From Fibrobacteria bacterium (lineage in GTDB: Bacteria; Fibrobacterota; Fibrobacteria; UBA11236): 64,000 nt of DNA. The notes beneath the pieces are model-generated. The model was not told the DNA's origin, did no database searches, and saw only the letters and a list, made by a program, of their open reading frames with translations. The position numbers were made by a program, and so were the translations under genes. Location: NCBI GenBank assembly GCA_041746255.1, contig JBGTHM010000037.1, positions 29,297-93,296 of the forward strand. The letters run 5' to 3'. Below are positions 31,485 through 42,046 of the stretch, piece after piece (the stretch's first letter is position 1; each line of letters starts with the position of its first letter).

Positions 31485-33853
31485 ACTCCCTTAAGGCCAG
31501 TCCCGACTTCGCCGAACGGGCTGCCCATGGGCTGCCTGTGCTTCCCTTGCGGGATATGATATTGTTGCCGGGAACGGCGATGCCCTTGATTCTCTCGCGA
31601 CCCCCTTCGCTGGCGGCGCTGGCCCGCGCGCTTACCGAGCCGCCTCCCTTGCTGCTTCTGTGCCTGCAGAAATCGGCGGATGACGAAAACGTCACTCCGG
31701 AAGTTTTGTTTCCGCAGGCGGTAGTGGCCCGCGTGCTTTCGTCGGCGCCCCTTCCCAACGGAATGAGCCGGGTATTGGCGGAAAGCCTAGGTATCGTACA
31801 TGTTACTAAATGGGACGTGACGGGAGAGGCTTTATCGGCCCATGCCCGTGCGGAAAGCGGAGAGGTCCCTGCGGGGCTGCTCAAGAGCCTCAAGGTGGTG
31901 GAAGAGCGGTTTTTTGAGGTGCTCGGACAAAGGCCGGACGCGCCCACAGGCGTAGAAGAATTCATTCGCGCCATGGCGTCTCCCGTGCAGCGGCTTTTCG
32001 CCCTGGCGGCCCAATTGAGCATTTCGCCTACAGCCAAACAAACTTTGTTCCAAACCGGAGACTGGAAAGAAAGGCTCGCCCTGTTCGGTCGGTTGGTAAA
32101 GGCGGAGGAAGAAACCCTACGCTTAAATCGGCGCATCGAACATGAGGTAAGGGCTTCCATCGCCCAAGGCCAGAAAGAATTTCTTCTGCGTGAACAGATT
32201 CGCAAGTTGCAGGCGGAGCTGGGCCCCGGGCAGGCATCCGGCAATCCCGAGGTGAGGGAATTACAGACGTCGATAAGAGCCAAGGGGCTCCCTCCCGAAG
32301 CGGAAAAAGCCGCCTTGGCCGAGGCGAAAAGGTTGGAATACGTATCTACCGCTTCGCCGGAATACTCCGTCATTCGTTCCTATCTCGATTGGCTATTGGC
32401 GCTTCCCTGGAACAGTTACACGCAAGATACCCTGGATGCGGCGCGCGTCAAAAGCAGGCTTGCCGCCGATCATTTCGGACTTAAAGATGTCAAGGAACGG
32501 ATTCTGGAGCATGTGGCCGTGCTCAAGCTGGCCGGTGCCAAAGCGACGCCGATTCTCTGTCTGATCGGGCCTCCGGGCGTAGGCAAGTCCTCGTTGGGAT
32601 ATTCCATCGCCAAGGCGCTGGGACGGAATTTCGCCCGCATTTCCCTGGGCGGTATGCGCGACGAGGCCGAAATCCGTGGCCACCGCCGCACCTATATCGG
32701 CGCGATGCCGGGTAAAATCATTCGGGCTTTGAAAACCTGCGGTTCATTAAACCCGGTGATGCTGCTGGATGAAATCGATAAAATGGGCCAGGATTTCCGT
32801 GGCGATCCCGCTTCGGCCCTATTGGAAGTGCTTGATCCCGAGCAGAACCACGCCTTTGCCGATCATTTCATCGAAGCGGGAGTCGATTTAAGCCGGGTGT
32901 TTTTCATCACCACGGCCAATGTGGAGGAGAATATTCCCGCCGCGCTGCGCGACCGGTTGGAAATCATCCGTATGCCCGGCTATTTCGAAAGCGAGAAATT
33001 GGCCATCGCCAAACGTTACCTGCTTCCCAAGGCGGTTTCCTCTACCGGTCTCAAGCCCGAGCAATTGCAGCTCGATGATAAATTACTGCGAGTCCTGATA
33101 AGGCGACACACCCATGAGGCCGGTGTGCGGCAACTCGCACGGGAATTATCGCGTTTGGCGCGCAAGCGCGCGCGTCGGGTGGTGGCCGGTCTCGGTTTGC
33201 CGGCCATACGCGAGACCGATTTGGTCAAATACCTGGGACAAGCTACACGGGCCGAACGGCGGGTGCCTGTCAAATCAGGGCCCGGCATCGTTACGGGACT
33301 GGCCTGGACGCCGCTGGGTGGGGAAATCCTGCGGCTTGAGTGCGCCTTATTATCGGGCCGGGGTCGCTTGCATCTAACGGGCAAGTTAGGCGAAGTCATG
33401 AAGGAGTCGGCCCAAATCGCGGTGACCTTGGTGCGGGAGCGGGCGTCGCGCTATGGAGTGGATCCGGCCCTCTTCCATAAAACCGACATCCATATCCATA
33501 TACCCGAAGGCGCCATCCCCAAGGACGGCCCTTCCGCCGGCTTGGCCATGGTGGTGGCATTGCTATCGGCGCTGACGCGCCGCCCTGTCGATCCCGGCAT
33601 TGCCATGACCGGTGAGGTTTCACTCACCGGGCAAGTGCATGCGGTGGGCGGATTGCCGGAGAAAATGCTGGCCGCCCTGCAGGCAGGCGTCAAACAGGTT
33701 TTTCTCCCGGCCGATAACAAGCAGGAGGCCAAAGACTTGCCCGCTGAGGCGAGAAAGGGTTTGCGCCTAATCGAGGCGGATAAACTCGATACGGTATTGG
33801 CGCGGTTACTGCCGCCTCCCAAACAGGCTACCCGCAAGGCGGGTAAAAATTGA
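31481..33853 (+). CDS. lon: Lon protease (start approximate)
   Basis: [37 protein letters not shown]. Confidence 0.95.
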   Translation: MNSLKASPDFAERAAHGLPVLPLRDMILLPGTAMPLILSRPPSLAALARALTEPPPLLLLCLQKSADDENVTPEVLFPQAVVARVLSSAPLPNGMSRVLAESLGIVHVTKWDVTGEALSAHARAESGEVPAGLLKSLKVVEERFFEVLGQRPDAPTGVEEFIRAMASPVQRLFALAAQLSISPTAKQTLFQTGDWKERLALFGRLVKAEEETLRLNRRIEHEVRASIAQGQKEFLLREQIRKLQAELGPGQASGNPEVRELQTSIRAKGLPPEAEKAALAEAKRLEYVSTASPEYSVIRSYLDWLLALPWNSYTQDTLDAARVKSRLAADHFGLKDVKERILEHVAVLKLAGAKATPILCLIGPPGVGKSSLGYSIAKALGRNFARISLGGMRDEAEIRGHRRTYIGAMPGKIIRALKTCGSLNPVMLLDEIDKMGQDFRGDPASALLEVLDPEQNHAFADHFIEAGVDLSRVFFITTANVEENIPAALRDRLEIIRMPGYFESEKLAIAKRYLLPKAVSSTGLKPEQLQLDDKLLRVLIRRHTHEAGVRQLARELSRLARKRARRVVAGLGLPAIRETDLVKYLGQATRAERRVPVKSGPGIVTGLAWTPLGGEILRLECALLSGRGRLHLTGKLGEVMKESAQIAVTLVRERASRYGVDPALFHKTDIHIHIPEGAIPKDGPSAGLAMVVALLSALTRRPVDPGIAMTGEVSLTGQVHAVGGLPEKMLAALQAGVKQVFLPADNKQEAKDLPAEARKGLRLIEADKLDTVLARLLPPPKQATRKAGKN

Positions 33854-34617
33854 GCGACGCATCGGACATGCAATTCGGCATGCGCGCGGCGTTGCAAAAG
33901 CAGCAAGCTGAGGTGACGGGACGAATCACCGCAGCCTGCGCCAAGGCGGGGCGCGATCCTTCTGAAGTAAGGCTGGTGTGGGTAGCGAAATACCAGCCCG
34001 TAGAAAAAATCGAAGCGGCATTAAACCTCGGCGCCCGGATTTTCGGTGAAAACAAGGTGCAGGAATGCCTGGCCAAGTATCCATTGCCCTCGCGCGGAGC
34101 GCAGGCATTGGGTCGTGACTATGAGCTGCACTTTATCGGACATTTGCAGAAAAACAAGGTGCGCAAAGTTTTACCGCTTATAAGCGCCGTGCATTCGGTG
34201 GATACGCCGGAGTTGTGGCAGCAAATCGATCGCATCGCCCAAGAAATGGGTAGCCCCCTGCCGGTATTCCTGCAAGTGAACACCTCGCGCGAAGCGAGTA
34301 AATCCGGATTCGCTCCGGAAACTTTGGTGGAAACCCTGATGGCGCTTCCCCGGCACAAGTACGCTTATCCCGCGGGACTGATGACCATGGGCCCCACGGA
34401 TATGGACCCGGACAAAACGCGTGACTGTTTTCGGGAACTGGCCGGGCTATTGCGGACGCTCAAGGCAAAGACTCAGGGACAGATACCGGGTTGGGAAAAA
34501 CTCGCTTGGCTCTCCATGGGCATGACCCACGATCTGGAAATCGCGGTGGAAGAAGGTTCCCATTTTGTGCGCGTGGGGACGGGGTTGTTCGGTGAACGGC
34601 CTGGAGGAGCGGCGTAA
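33850..34617 (+). CDS. yggS: PLP homeostasis protein YggS
   Basis: VAKY, FGENKVQE, HFIGHLQKNK, GLMTM, LSMGMTHD, VRVGTGLFG. Confidence 0.93.
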   Translation: MSDASDMQFGMRAALQKQQAEVTGRITAACAKAGRDPSEVRLVWVAKYQPVEKIEAALNLGARIFGENKVQECLAKYPLPSRGAQALGRDYELHFIGHLQKNKVRKVLPLISAVHSVDTPELWQQIDRIAQEMGSPLPVFLQVNTSREASKSGFAPETLVETLMALPRHKYAYPAGLMTMGPTDMDPDKTRDCFRELAGLLRTLKAKTQGQIPGWEKLAWLSMGMTHDLEIAVEEGSHFVRVGTGLFGERPGGAA

Positions 34618-34719
34618 ACCTTTTCGAAATATGCTAGTTTTAGAAAAACCCCATTTCCTGGCGTGGAAATTGTTCCCCGGTTTCGGATAGTATTACCCTT
34701 ACCGGGAAAGGAGCTGGCC

Positions 34720-35250
34720 ATGATTACTCCCTTGGATATCAAAAAGCATGATTTTCCCATCGTCTGGCGCGGTTACGATCCCGGCGAGGTGCGCGCCGTG
34801 CTCGACAGCGTAGCCCACGATTTCGAGGAGCTGGTGCGGCAGAATGTGCATCTCTCGGAACGCCTGAAGGTGGCTGAGGAAAGACTGAATCACTACCGTC
34901 TCATCGAAAAGACCTTGCAGGACGCGGCCATAACCATGCAAACGACGCTGGAAGAAAAAGTGCGCTCAGCCGATAAGGAAGCGGAGCTCGTCATCCAACA
35001 AGCCCGCCAACGCGCCAACGAAGAATTGGGCGATTACCGTACTCGGGTAGGCGAATTGCGGGGAGAAATCCATATGCTCGAGAACCAGAAAAAGCAGTTT
35101 TTCTATCGCCTACGCGGTTTGTTAAAGAGCCAAACCCAATTGCTGGAAGCTATGATGGACGCCGAAGAACGCGAGGATACCTTGCCTCCTCAAGGGGACG
35201 GTAATGACGATGTTGGTCCCGGCGATTTCCGGCTGGCCCAACGGTTTTAA
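34720..35250 (+). CDS. DivIVA domain protein
   Basis: MITPLDIKKHDF...RGYDPGEV followed by coiled coil; AAGGAG RBS. Confidence 0.9.
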   Translation: MITPLDIKKHDFPIVWRGYDPGEVRAVLDSVAHDFEELVRQNVHLSERLKVAEERLNHYRLIEKTLQDAAITMQTTLEEKVRSADKEAELVIQQARQRANEELGDYRTRVGELRGEIHMLENQKKQFFYRLRGLLKSQTQLLEAMMDAEEREDTLPPQGDGNDDVGPGDFRLAQRF

Positions 35251-35335
35251 GCCCCAAAGTCGCGCGGTGGGTTGCCGCGCCACCTCCCACATGCTAAAAT
35301 CAGGTTAGCTACCCGCCAATTAAGGAGTAACCTTC

Positions 35336-35497
35336 ATGTTTTCGTGCACACGTATTAGCGGAAATCCAGTTCTATACACTTTGGGAGGAGGATTCCTTCT
35401 AGCCACCTTGGTTTTTCTGGCTTGGCGGTTACTCGGGTCGCCGCTGCGCAGACACGTATACCAGGGTGAGGAAATGCTGGATCCTTCCGGTGTATAG
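35336..35497 (+). CDS. Small single-pass membrane protein (53 aa), below the ORF-track cutoff
   Basis: TTGCCG-N17-TAAAAT promoter, TAAGGAG RBS, MFSCTRISGNPVLYTLGGGFLLATLVFLAWRLLGSPLRRHVYQGEEMLDPSGV. Confidence 0.65.
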   Translation: MFSCTRISGNPVLYTLGGGFLLATLVFLAWRLLGSPLRRHVYQGEEMLDPSGV

Positions 35498-35548
35498 GTA
35501 AGGAAACCGGGTTACACCCGCCCCAGTCGGCGACAGGCCCTACTTTTG

Positions 35549-36019
35549 CTAATCGATTCCCCCGCGAACTTGTTCTAAAAGTTGAATCAGTTGCTCTTGG
35601 GTGCGTTTGCCGAGAGGCCCGAGCAAGGAACATAACGCCTCGGCCAAAGGCGCTTCCAAGGATTCGAGCAGGGTCAGACCTTCGGATGCGATCCGGACGG
35701 TGACGACGCGGCGATCACCGCCTTCGCGTGACCGCGTGACCAAACCTCTTTTTTCCAGTCGGTCAACCAGCCGGGTCACATCCGGATCGCGAGTGACCAT
35801 ACGACCGCCGATTTCTCCGCAGGGGAGACCGGCATTCCCCGCCCCACGTAAAATGCGCAGCACATTGTATTGCGCCGGTGAAAGCGAGGAGGGCTTCAAG
35901 GTTTCGAAAGCGCGACGCTGGAGAATATCCGTCGTGCGGAGCAGATTCAGAAATAGCTCCTGCTCCAGGCTTTGAAAGGGTTTGGTCTGCTTGAGTTCGA
36001 TTTGGATACCAGGGGACAT
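35549..36019 (-). CDS. MarR family transcriptional regulator
   Basis: QYNVLRILRGA, DVTRLVDRLEKRGLV, DRRVV. Confidence 0.93.
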   Translation of the reverse strand: MSPGIQIELKQTKPFQSLEQELFLNLLRTTDILQRRAFETLKPSSLSPAQYNVLRILRGAGNAGLPCGEIGGRMVTRDPDVTRLVDRLEKRGLVTRSREGGDRRVVTVRIASEGLTLLESLEAPLAEALCSLLGPLGKRTQEQLIQLLEQVRGGID

Positions 36020-36025
36020 GGGAGC

Positions 36026-36054
36026 AATTTATCTGTTCGAACAGTATTTGACAA
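36026..36054 (-). promoter_or_regulatory. marR promoter with a palindromic operator in the spacer
   Basis: TTGTCA-N17-TAAATT; CTGTTCGAACAG palindrome at 36033-36044. Confidence 0.65.
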
Positions 36055-36187
36055 GCGGAATTTTTGGCATACGGAGAGATTTTTGGGGTGACCGATGCGG
36101 GGAAAATAAGGTTTTGCACCGGGGAAAAGAAAAGGACATCATCATCCGGTGTGGAAAAGGAATGCCAGGGTATGGGAAACGACCACC

Positions 36188-36264
36188 TGGTGCGCCCGGC
36201 AGGAGTCGAACCTGCGACCTTCGGCTTCGGAGGCCGACGCTCTATCCAGCTGAGCTACGGGTGC
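36188..36264 (-). tRNA. tRNA-Arg(CCG)
   Basis: GCACCCGTAGCTCAGCTGGATAGAGCGTCGGCCTCCGAAGCCGAAGGTCGCAGGTTCGACTCCTGCCGGGCGCACCA. Confidence 0.97.
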
Positions 36265-36590
36265 GTTCCCGGGGAGGCGCAAAACTAGCTCCTGCCGGGA
36301 TGGGCTGCAAGTCCAGCCCCCCGGGCGGCGGCAATGGGTGTTTCTTTAAGGAAACAATCTTTCAATAATTTTTAATGGCTCTGTCTTGACAAAAAAGTTA
36401 TATAGTTGAACAAATTCGAGGGAGTTTTGACTCCAGAGAGAGGCGGTAATCCCCGCTTTCTGGCCTTTTTTTCCATTAAATCGGATTACCCCGGATTCCA
36501 ACCTTTGAAAACCGTTTTGGGCCGGTTTTCCGTCGAACACATTGGGTCCTTCGGGCCGTCTCGCCCGACTTCAAAATCAAGGGAACCACC

Positions 36591-39152
36591 TTGAAGAGGT
36601 TTTGTATGGATGTAGATAAGAAAGCGGCTGCGGTCAGGAGCGGAATTATGAATTTGATTCCGCAAATGAGCGGCAAACGCCGTGGCCCATTTCCACAAGC
36701 ATTCTTGTTATCCGTAATCGGGATTGGGATATTTGCACTGGGTTATTGGATCCGGGGACTCGGCATGCCTCCCATGGCTTTCATTGCCGTAATTCCCTTG
36801 GCTTTGGCGACCCTCGCCTGGGGCACCGTCGCAAAAAATTCCCAGGCGCTGAAAGAAAAAAATTCCGTACGCTGCCTACTTGATTCGGCCTTCGACGGCA
36901 TGGTTATCACTGCGAACGGTATTTGCCTGGAAAGCAACCTAGCCCTGGAAAACCTCATCGGGCTTTCACGCGCTGAGCTGCGGGGTAAACGCCTTCAAGA
37001 TTTGCTGACCCGCAAAGATGGAGCCGACATTCTCGGTGACCCGACCTCTAGCGAAACCGAAAGTCTCGAAGCGACAGCCCGGTCGGGTACACGCGGTGAA
37101 GTCCCCGTCGAGATCCAGGTACGCCCCTACCCTGAAGCGGGACCCGACGCGCGGGTGGTGACCGTTCGCGACATCACTTCACGCAAGCAGTCGGAGGAAG
37201 CCTTGCGCAAGAGCGAAGAACATTTGCGCACTGTGATAACTCATTCCTCCTTGGTGCTTTTCGCTTTTAATCGCGAGGGCGTTTTCACCTTGGTCGAAGG
37301 CCGGGGCCTCGAATTGCTGGGTTTAGATCCTGGCGAAGTGGAGGGGAGACCGGTAGTGGAGATGCTGGGTCGCTTTCCGGAGGTTCGCGAAGTTTTGAAA
37401 AAGGCCCTGAGTGGCGAAGAGCTCACCTCAACCGTCCACCTTTCCGGTAAGGTTCTGGAAATCCATTGCCGCCCTTTATGTGATACGGAAGGCCGATTCT
37501 TCGAAGTAATCGGTACGGCCATTGACGTTACCGAGCGGGAAAGGGTCGAAGAGGAATTGCGGCGCAGCCGGGAAAATCTGGCCACCGTCATTTCCAACGC
37601 TCCCCTGGTGCTTTTCGCCTTAAATCGCAAGGGTGTGTTCACCCTTTGTGAAGGGAAGGGGCTTGAATCCATAGGTCTCAAGCCGGGCCAGGCCGAAGGT
37701 TTAGCGGCCGTGGATTTATTCGGCGACACTCCGGTGATCATCGATAACATCGCGCGCGCCTTGGCCGGCGAAGCCTTCACTTCTACGGTGGATTACCATG
37801 GGCGGGTATTCGAAACCCATTACCGACCCGTTTTCAAGGGCTTCGGGGAAATTAATGGGGTAATCGGAGTCGGCATGGATATCACCGGGCGCCGGCGGGC
37901 AGAGGAAGCTCTGCGTCGCAGCGAGGACCACTTGCAGCAGATTCAGAGAATGGAAGCCATCAGTCGGGTTGCCGGAGGAGTGGCGCATGACTTCAATAAT
38001 CTTCTGACCACCATCACCGGTTATTGTGACATGCTCTCTACCGGAATGGAGCAGGATGACGCGCGAGCCAAGCATGTCGACAATATTCTCTCAGCCGCCG
38101 AAAAGGCCACTACTCTGACCCGACAGCTTCTGGCTTTCAGCCGTAACCAAATACTCAATCCCAAGGAAATCAACCTCAACGAGGTGGTGAAGGGACTGGA
38201 TAAGATGTTGCGTAGGCTGCTACGCGAAGACGTGGAATTGGTAACGGTGCTGGAACCCAATCTCAAGCCGGTAAAAGCCGACCCCGCACAAATCGAACAG
38301 GTTTTACTCAACTTGGCCATGAACGCGCGCGATGCGATGCCCAACGGTGGCCTGCTCTCCCTGGAGACCGCCAATGTATGGCTGGACGGCGTATTCGCAC
38401 GCAGCCAATTGAACCTTCCGACTGGGCCTTACACCCTGCTCCGGGTTAGCGATACCGGCATAGGCATGGACTCGGAGATGATTAAACATGTTTTCGAGCC
38501 GTTCTATACGACTAAGGAAGAGGGCGGTGGCTCGGGTCTCGGACTGGCCACCGTTTATGGCATATTGAAGCAGAGCGGAGGAAATGTCTGGGTGGATACG
38601 GTGCCGGGACAAGGAACTACCTTCCGAATCTATCTGCCGCAAATCCCAGCCCCTTCGGGTGTGACCGCCCTGCTGGCTCCGGCGCGACCCCGCGTCAAGG
38701 GATCCGAAACCGTGTTGCTGGTCGAAGATGAAGAGGCGGTGCGGACCTTAATCCGGGAAATCCTGACGATGCACGGATTTACGGTATTGGAGGCCCGAGA
38801 CGGCGGCGAGGCCGTGCTCATCAGCGAGCGCCATGACGGCGTCATCGATTTGCTGTTAACCGATATGGTGATGGACAATATGAGCGGTCGGCAATTGGCG
38901 GAGAACTTGCGCCCCATGCGACCGGAAATGCGTTTGCTGTATATCTCCGGATATGCTAACGGAGGAGCGGTAAGCCGCCAGGAAGGCGAAGCCCAGGGTG
39001 AGTTTCTGGCCAAGCCTTTTACCCCGAAAACCTTGGTCATGAAAGTCCGCCAGATTCTGACTGCCTCGGTCGAAAATAATCCGACCATGAGACAGCACCC
39101 GTCTTCGCAACCAGCAACGATTTCGCCGGACAAAAGGCTTTCCTTGGGTTAG
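36591..39152 (+). CDS. PAS-domain hybrid sensor histidine kinase with receiver (CckA-like architecture); start uncertain
   Basis: Two TM helices, three PAS domains, GGVAHDFNNLLT, NARDAM, DTGIGM, FEPFYTTK, GLGLA, VLLVEDE...LLTDMVM...KPF. Confidence 0.93.
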   Translation: MKRFCMDVDKKAAAVRSGIMNLIPQMSGKRRGPFPQAFLLSVIGIGIFALGYWIRGLGMPPMAFIAVIPLALATLAWGTVAKNSQALKEKNSVRCLLDSAFDGMVITANGICLESNLALENLIGLSRAELRGKRLQDLLTRKDGADILGDPTSSETESLEATARSGTRGEVPVEIQVRPYPEAGPDARVVTVRDITSRKQSEEALRKSEEHLRTVITHSSLVLFAFNREGVFTLVEGRGLELLGLDPGEVEGRPVVEMLGRFPEVREVLKKALSGEELTSTVHLSGKVLEIHCRPLCDTEGRFFEVIGTAIDVTERERVEEELRRSRENLATVISNAPLVLFALNRKGVFTLCEGKGLESIGLKPGQAEGLAAVDLFGDTPVIIDNIARALAGEAFTSTVDYHGRVFETHYRPVFKGFGEINGVIGVGMDITGRRRAEEALRRSEDHLQQIQRMEAISRVAGGVAHDFNNLLTTITGYCDMLSTGMEQDDARAKHVDNILSAAEKATTLTRQLLAFSRNQILNPKEINLNEVVKGLDKMLRRLLREDVELVTVLEPNLKPVKADPAQIEQVLLNLAMNARDAMPNGGLLSLETANVWLDGVFARSQLNLPTGPYTLLRVSDTGIGMDSEMIKHVFEPFYTTKEEGGGSGLGLATVYGILKQSGGNVWVDTVPGQGTTFRIYLPQIPAPSGVTALLAPARPRVKGSETVLLVEDEEAVRTLIREILTMHGFTVLEARDGGEAVLISERHDGVIDLLLTDMVMDNMSGRQLAENLRPMRPEMRLLYISGYANGGAVSRQEGEAQGEFLAKPFTPKTLVMKVRQILTASVENNPTMRQHPSSQPATISPDKRLSLG

Positions 39153-39184
39153 GTTTTGCCCGATTCCGGTTATTTCCCGAAAGG

Positions 39185-39790
39185 ATGGCCATGAGCCTTA
39201 CCTTTTTACTCATCTTGATCAATGTCGGCGTCTCCATGCTCGCCTTCTCGGCCTTTCGAAAGCGCGACCGCACCGACCGTTTCATCTTCCATCCCAGCGA
39301 GCTGGCCAAGGGCCGCAATCAGTTGGGATTGCTCCTGTCGCACTTCTCCCATGCCGATGTTGGCCATTTGCTATTCAACATGATCACCCTCTTTTTTTTC
39401 GGGCCGGTACTGGAGCAGTTTCTGGGGGTGGCCGATTTTCTGACCATTTACGTGCTATCGGGTCTATTCGCCTCATTGCTCATCTTCCTGTTGCAGCGGA
39501 AGAACCCGGCCTACCGGGCTTTGGGAGCCAGCGGGTCCATAGCGGGCGTGATTTTCGCTGCCATAATCGTGAATCCCGCCATGAACATTTATCTGTTTTT
39601 CATTCCCATACCCATACCGGCACCTCTTTTCGCGGTGGTTTATCTCGGTCTGTCCGCCTATTTGATGAAGCGGGAAACCGGCAACATCAGTCACGAAGCC
39701 CATCTGGGCGGGGCGCTGGCGGGGTTGCTACTGGGAGCGATGCTTTCGCCGGGAGGATTCGCTCCGCTGGTAGAACGCTTTTTCGGGTAA
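39185..39790 (+). CDS. Rhomboid family intramembrane serine protease
   Basis: HADVGHLLFNM, GASG, HEAHLGGALAG. Confidence 0.93.
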   Translation: MAMSLTFLLILINVGVSMLAFSAFRKRDRTDRFIFHPSELAKGRNQLGLLLSHFSHADVGHLLFNMITLFFFGPVLEQFLGVADFLTIYVLSGLFASLLIFLLQRKNPAYRALGASGSIAGVIFAAIIVNPAMNIYLFFIPIPIPAPLFAVVYLGLSAYLMKRETGNISHEAHLGGALAGLLLGAMLSPGGFAPLVERFFG

Positions 39791-39945
39791 ATCCGAATCT
39801 TATTTATAATAATGTGAAAACCCGGCTTGCGCAAAAATACATGCGGAGCTAAATTGAGCTTTCACTTGCTTCACAACTTCGGTCTTTCGCCGTTTTCAGA
39901 CGCCGCGAGTCCATTCTTCACTAAGGTATCAGGGAGGCTTCCGGC

Positions 39946-40728
39946 ATGCCGTCGCGGTTCAGTCATAATCCTGGTATTTCCAGGCGGGCCTTCATTCGGG
40001 ATTTAGTGCCAGGGGTTTTGCTCGGGGCCTGTTTCATTTCTTCAACGCCGGGAATGCCGGTCGAATCGGTGCTCCAGATTTTGGAGCGGCGGTGCATAGA
40101 ATGTCATATCGCCATCACACCCGAATCCACCACACTGCCTCCCGGTCGCCTCGATTTACAATCCCCGGGCGCTTTGGAACGGTTGTCTGAGGTTCCGGCG
40201 GCCTCGGAAGCGGCGCGTGAAAAGGGGTTGCTCAGAGTGACGCCGGGAGATACGGCTACCAGCCTACTCTATCTCAAGCTCATGGGCCGCGCTAAAAGAG
40301 AAGGTTTGGGGCATAACCTCTCCGTCTCCGGCGAAAGAGCCCTTTCCGAATCCGAGATTCATCTCATCCGGGATTGGATTGTGAGTGGAGCTCCTCTGCG
40401 GGGAGAATTCGTTTCCACTGCGGGTGATACCGAATCCGCCGCTCAGAAAATGGAAGTCCACTATCCCAATCCTTACCGCCCCGGCAACCCTATTCTGCTG
40501 AAAGTTCCTCATAATCCCGTTAAAACCCCTGTAGAGGTCAGCGTGCAAGTGCACGACATGAACGGGGCATTGCTGCGTACCTTGGAAGGCAAAATCGAGG
40601 AAGGAGAACTCCAATTCAATTGGGATGGCCGCAACCGGGTCGGAAAGGCCCTCCCATCCGGCAGCTATATCCTAACGGTCGATGGAGGACGACGACCTTT
40701 TCAATCCCTACTTTTTCTTTCCACCTGA
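39946..40728 (+). CDS. c-type cytochrome-like domain fused to a FlgD-Ig/T9SS CTD-like domain
   Basis: ILERRCIECH...VTPGD...SLLYLKL...LIRDWIVSGA; YPNPY...HDMNGALLRTL...WDGRN...LPSGSYIL. Confidence 0.65.
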   Translation: MPSRFSHNPGISRRAFIRDLVPGVLLGACFISSTPGMPVESVLQILERRCIECHIAITPESTTLPPGRLDLQSPGALERLSEVPAASEAAREKGLLRVTPGDTATSLLYLKLMGRAKREGLGHNLSVSGERALSESEIHLIRDWIVSGAPLRGEFVSTAGDTESAAQKMEVHYPNPYRPGNPILLKVPHNPVKTPVEVSVQVHDMNGALLRTLEGKIEEGELQFNWDGRNRVGKALPSGSYILTVDGGRRPFQSLLFLST

Positions 40729-40737
40729 ACTCCACCC

Positions 40738-41637
40738 ATGATCTTTTCTTCCCAGGAACCCCAAAGAAATAATCGACCTTTGGCCCCCTGGCGGCGAAAG
40801 ATGCATGAGGTGATTTTCGAATCCGACACCTCGGCCGGAAAGCTTTTCGATCTGGCGATACTCATCGCGATTCTCGCCAGCGTGTCGGCCGTCATGCTGG
40901 AAAGCGTCGAATCCATCGCTGTGCGCAACGGCAATTTACTCCGTACCATCGAATGGTTCTTAACCCTTTTGTTCACCGTGGAATACGGAGCGCGTATCAT
41001 ATCCGTCGGCCGACCTCGGGCTTATATGACCAGTTTTTTGGGAGTGGTCGATTTGATGGCCATTTTACCCACGTATGCCAGTTTATTCGTTGAAGACGCT
41101 CATTACCTCCTGGTAATTCGAGCCATTCGTCTTTTACGCGTTTTCCGCATTTTAAAATTGGCGCGTTATGTGGGAGACAGCCAGATTCTCTTGTTGGCTT
41201 TGCGCGCCAGTCGCCCAAAGATCACGGTATTCGTCGGCGCCATCATCACCTTCGTGTTGATAGCCGGGACGCTGATGTATCTCATAGAAGGTAAAGAGAG
41301 CGGTTTCACCAGCATTCCCTTAAGCATGTATTGGGGCATCGTTACCTTGACTACGGTGGGTTACGGGGATATCGTGCCCCACACGGCTCTGGGGCGCCTC
41401 ATTTCCGGAGCCATCATGATACTGGGTTACGGCATTATTGCCGTACCAACCGGCATCGTGACGGTGGAATTATCCCAGCTCCGCGGCGGAGTCGCGTTCA
41501 GCAACCAGGCCTGCCCGCAATGTTCGCGCGAGGGGCATATGACGGACGCGGTTTTTTGCAAATATTGCAGCGCGACTTTGAATGAGCCCGACCAGCCATC
41601 CGACACAGGCTCACCCGGCTTTAAGGCATCGCAATAG
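40738..41637 (+). CDS. Voltage-gated potassium channel family ion transporter
   Basis: S4 RAIRLLRVFRILKLAR, selectivity filter TTVGYGD, C-terminal CPQC/CKYC. Confidence 0.93.
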   Translation: MIFSSQEPQRNNRPLAPWRRKMHEVIFESDTSAGKLFDLAILIAILASVSAVMLESVESIAVRNGNLLRTIEWFLTLLFTVEYGARIISVGRPRAYMTSFLGVVDLMAILPTYASLFVEDAHYLLVIRAIRLLRVFRILKLARYVGDSQILLLALRASRPKITVFVGAIITFVLIAGTLMYLIEGKESGFTSIPLSMYWGIVTLTTVGYGDIVPHTALGRLISGAIMILGYGIIAVPTGIVTVELSQLRGGVAFSNQACPQCSREGHMTDAVFCKYCSATLNEPDQPSDTGSPGFKASQ

Positions 41638-42033
41638 TACCCGGCGCCGATGCGGAACCTTCCGGTGCTCGCAGAGGTAAATTCCCTGCCAGGTACCCAG
41701 GCTTAGTTTGCCATCGTCGATGGGAATGATCTGGCTTATCCCGGTAACCATGGCTTTCATATGCGAAGGCGAGTCGTCGCTACCCTCAATGGTATGCTCC
41801 TGCCAAGCTTCGTTCTCCGGGGCGAGGCGGGTTAAAAAACGCTCCAGGTCACGCCGAGCGCTGGGATCGTAATTTTCGCTGATGCATAGGGATGCGCTGG
41901 TGTGTTGCAAGTACAAATAGCACATTCCCTCCCTCACTTGCCATTTTTTCACACGTTCCTCGACCAGGCCGGTAAAATCCAGCAAACCTTGGCCCTTGGT
42001 CTCTATATCGATTTCCGCTTTCAGCCATTCCAT
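41611..42033 (-). CDS. yjbQ: YjbQ/UPF0047 family protein
   Basis: HTSASL, ENYDP, HMKA, LGTWQGIYLCEHR. Confidence 0.9.
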   Translation of the reverse strand: MEWLKAEIDIETKGQGLLDFTGLVEERVKKWQVREGMCYLYLQHTSASLCISENYDPSARRDLERFLTRLAPENEAWQEHTIEGSDDSPSHMKAMVTGISQIIPIDDGKLSLGTWQGIYLCEHRKVPHRRRVLLRCLKAG

Positions 42034-42046
42034 GCGGTGAAAATAA

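Noticed and set aside
36195..36299. 11-bp inverted copy of the tRNA-Arg 3' sequence (possible att site)
   Set aside because: Inverted rather than direct, lies in the tRNA promoter spacer, and there is no integrase
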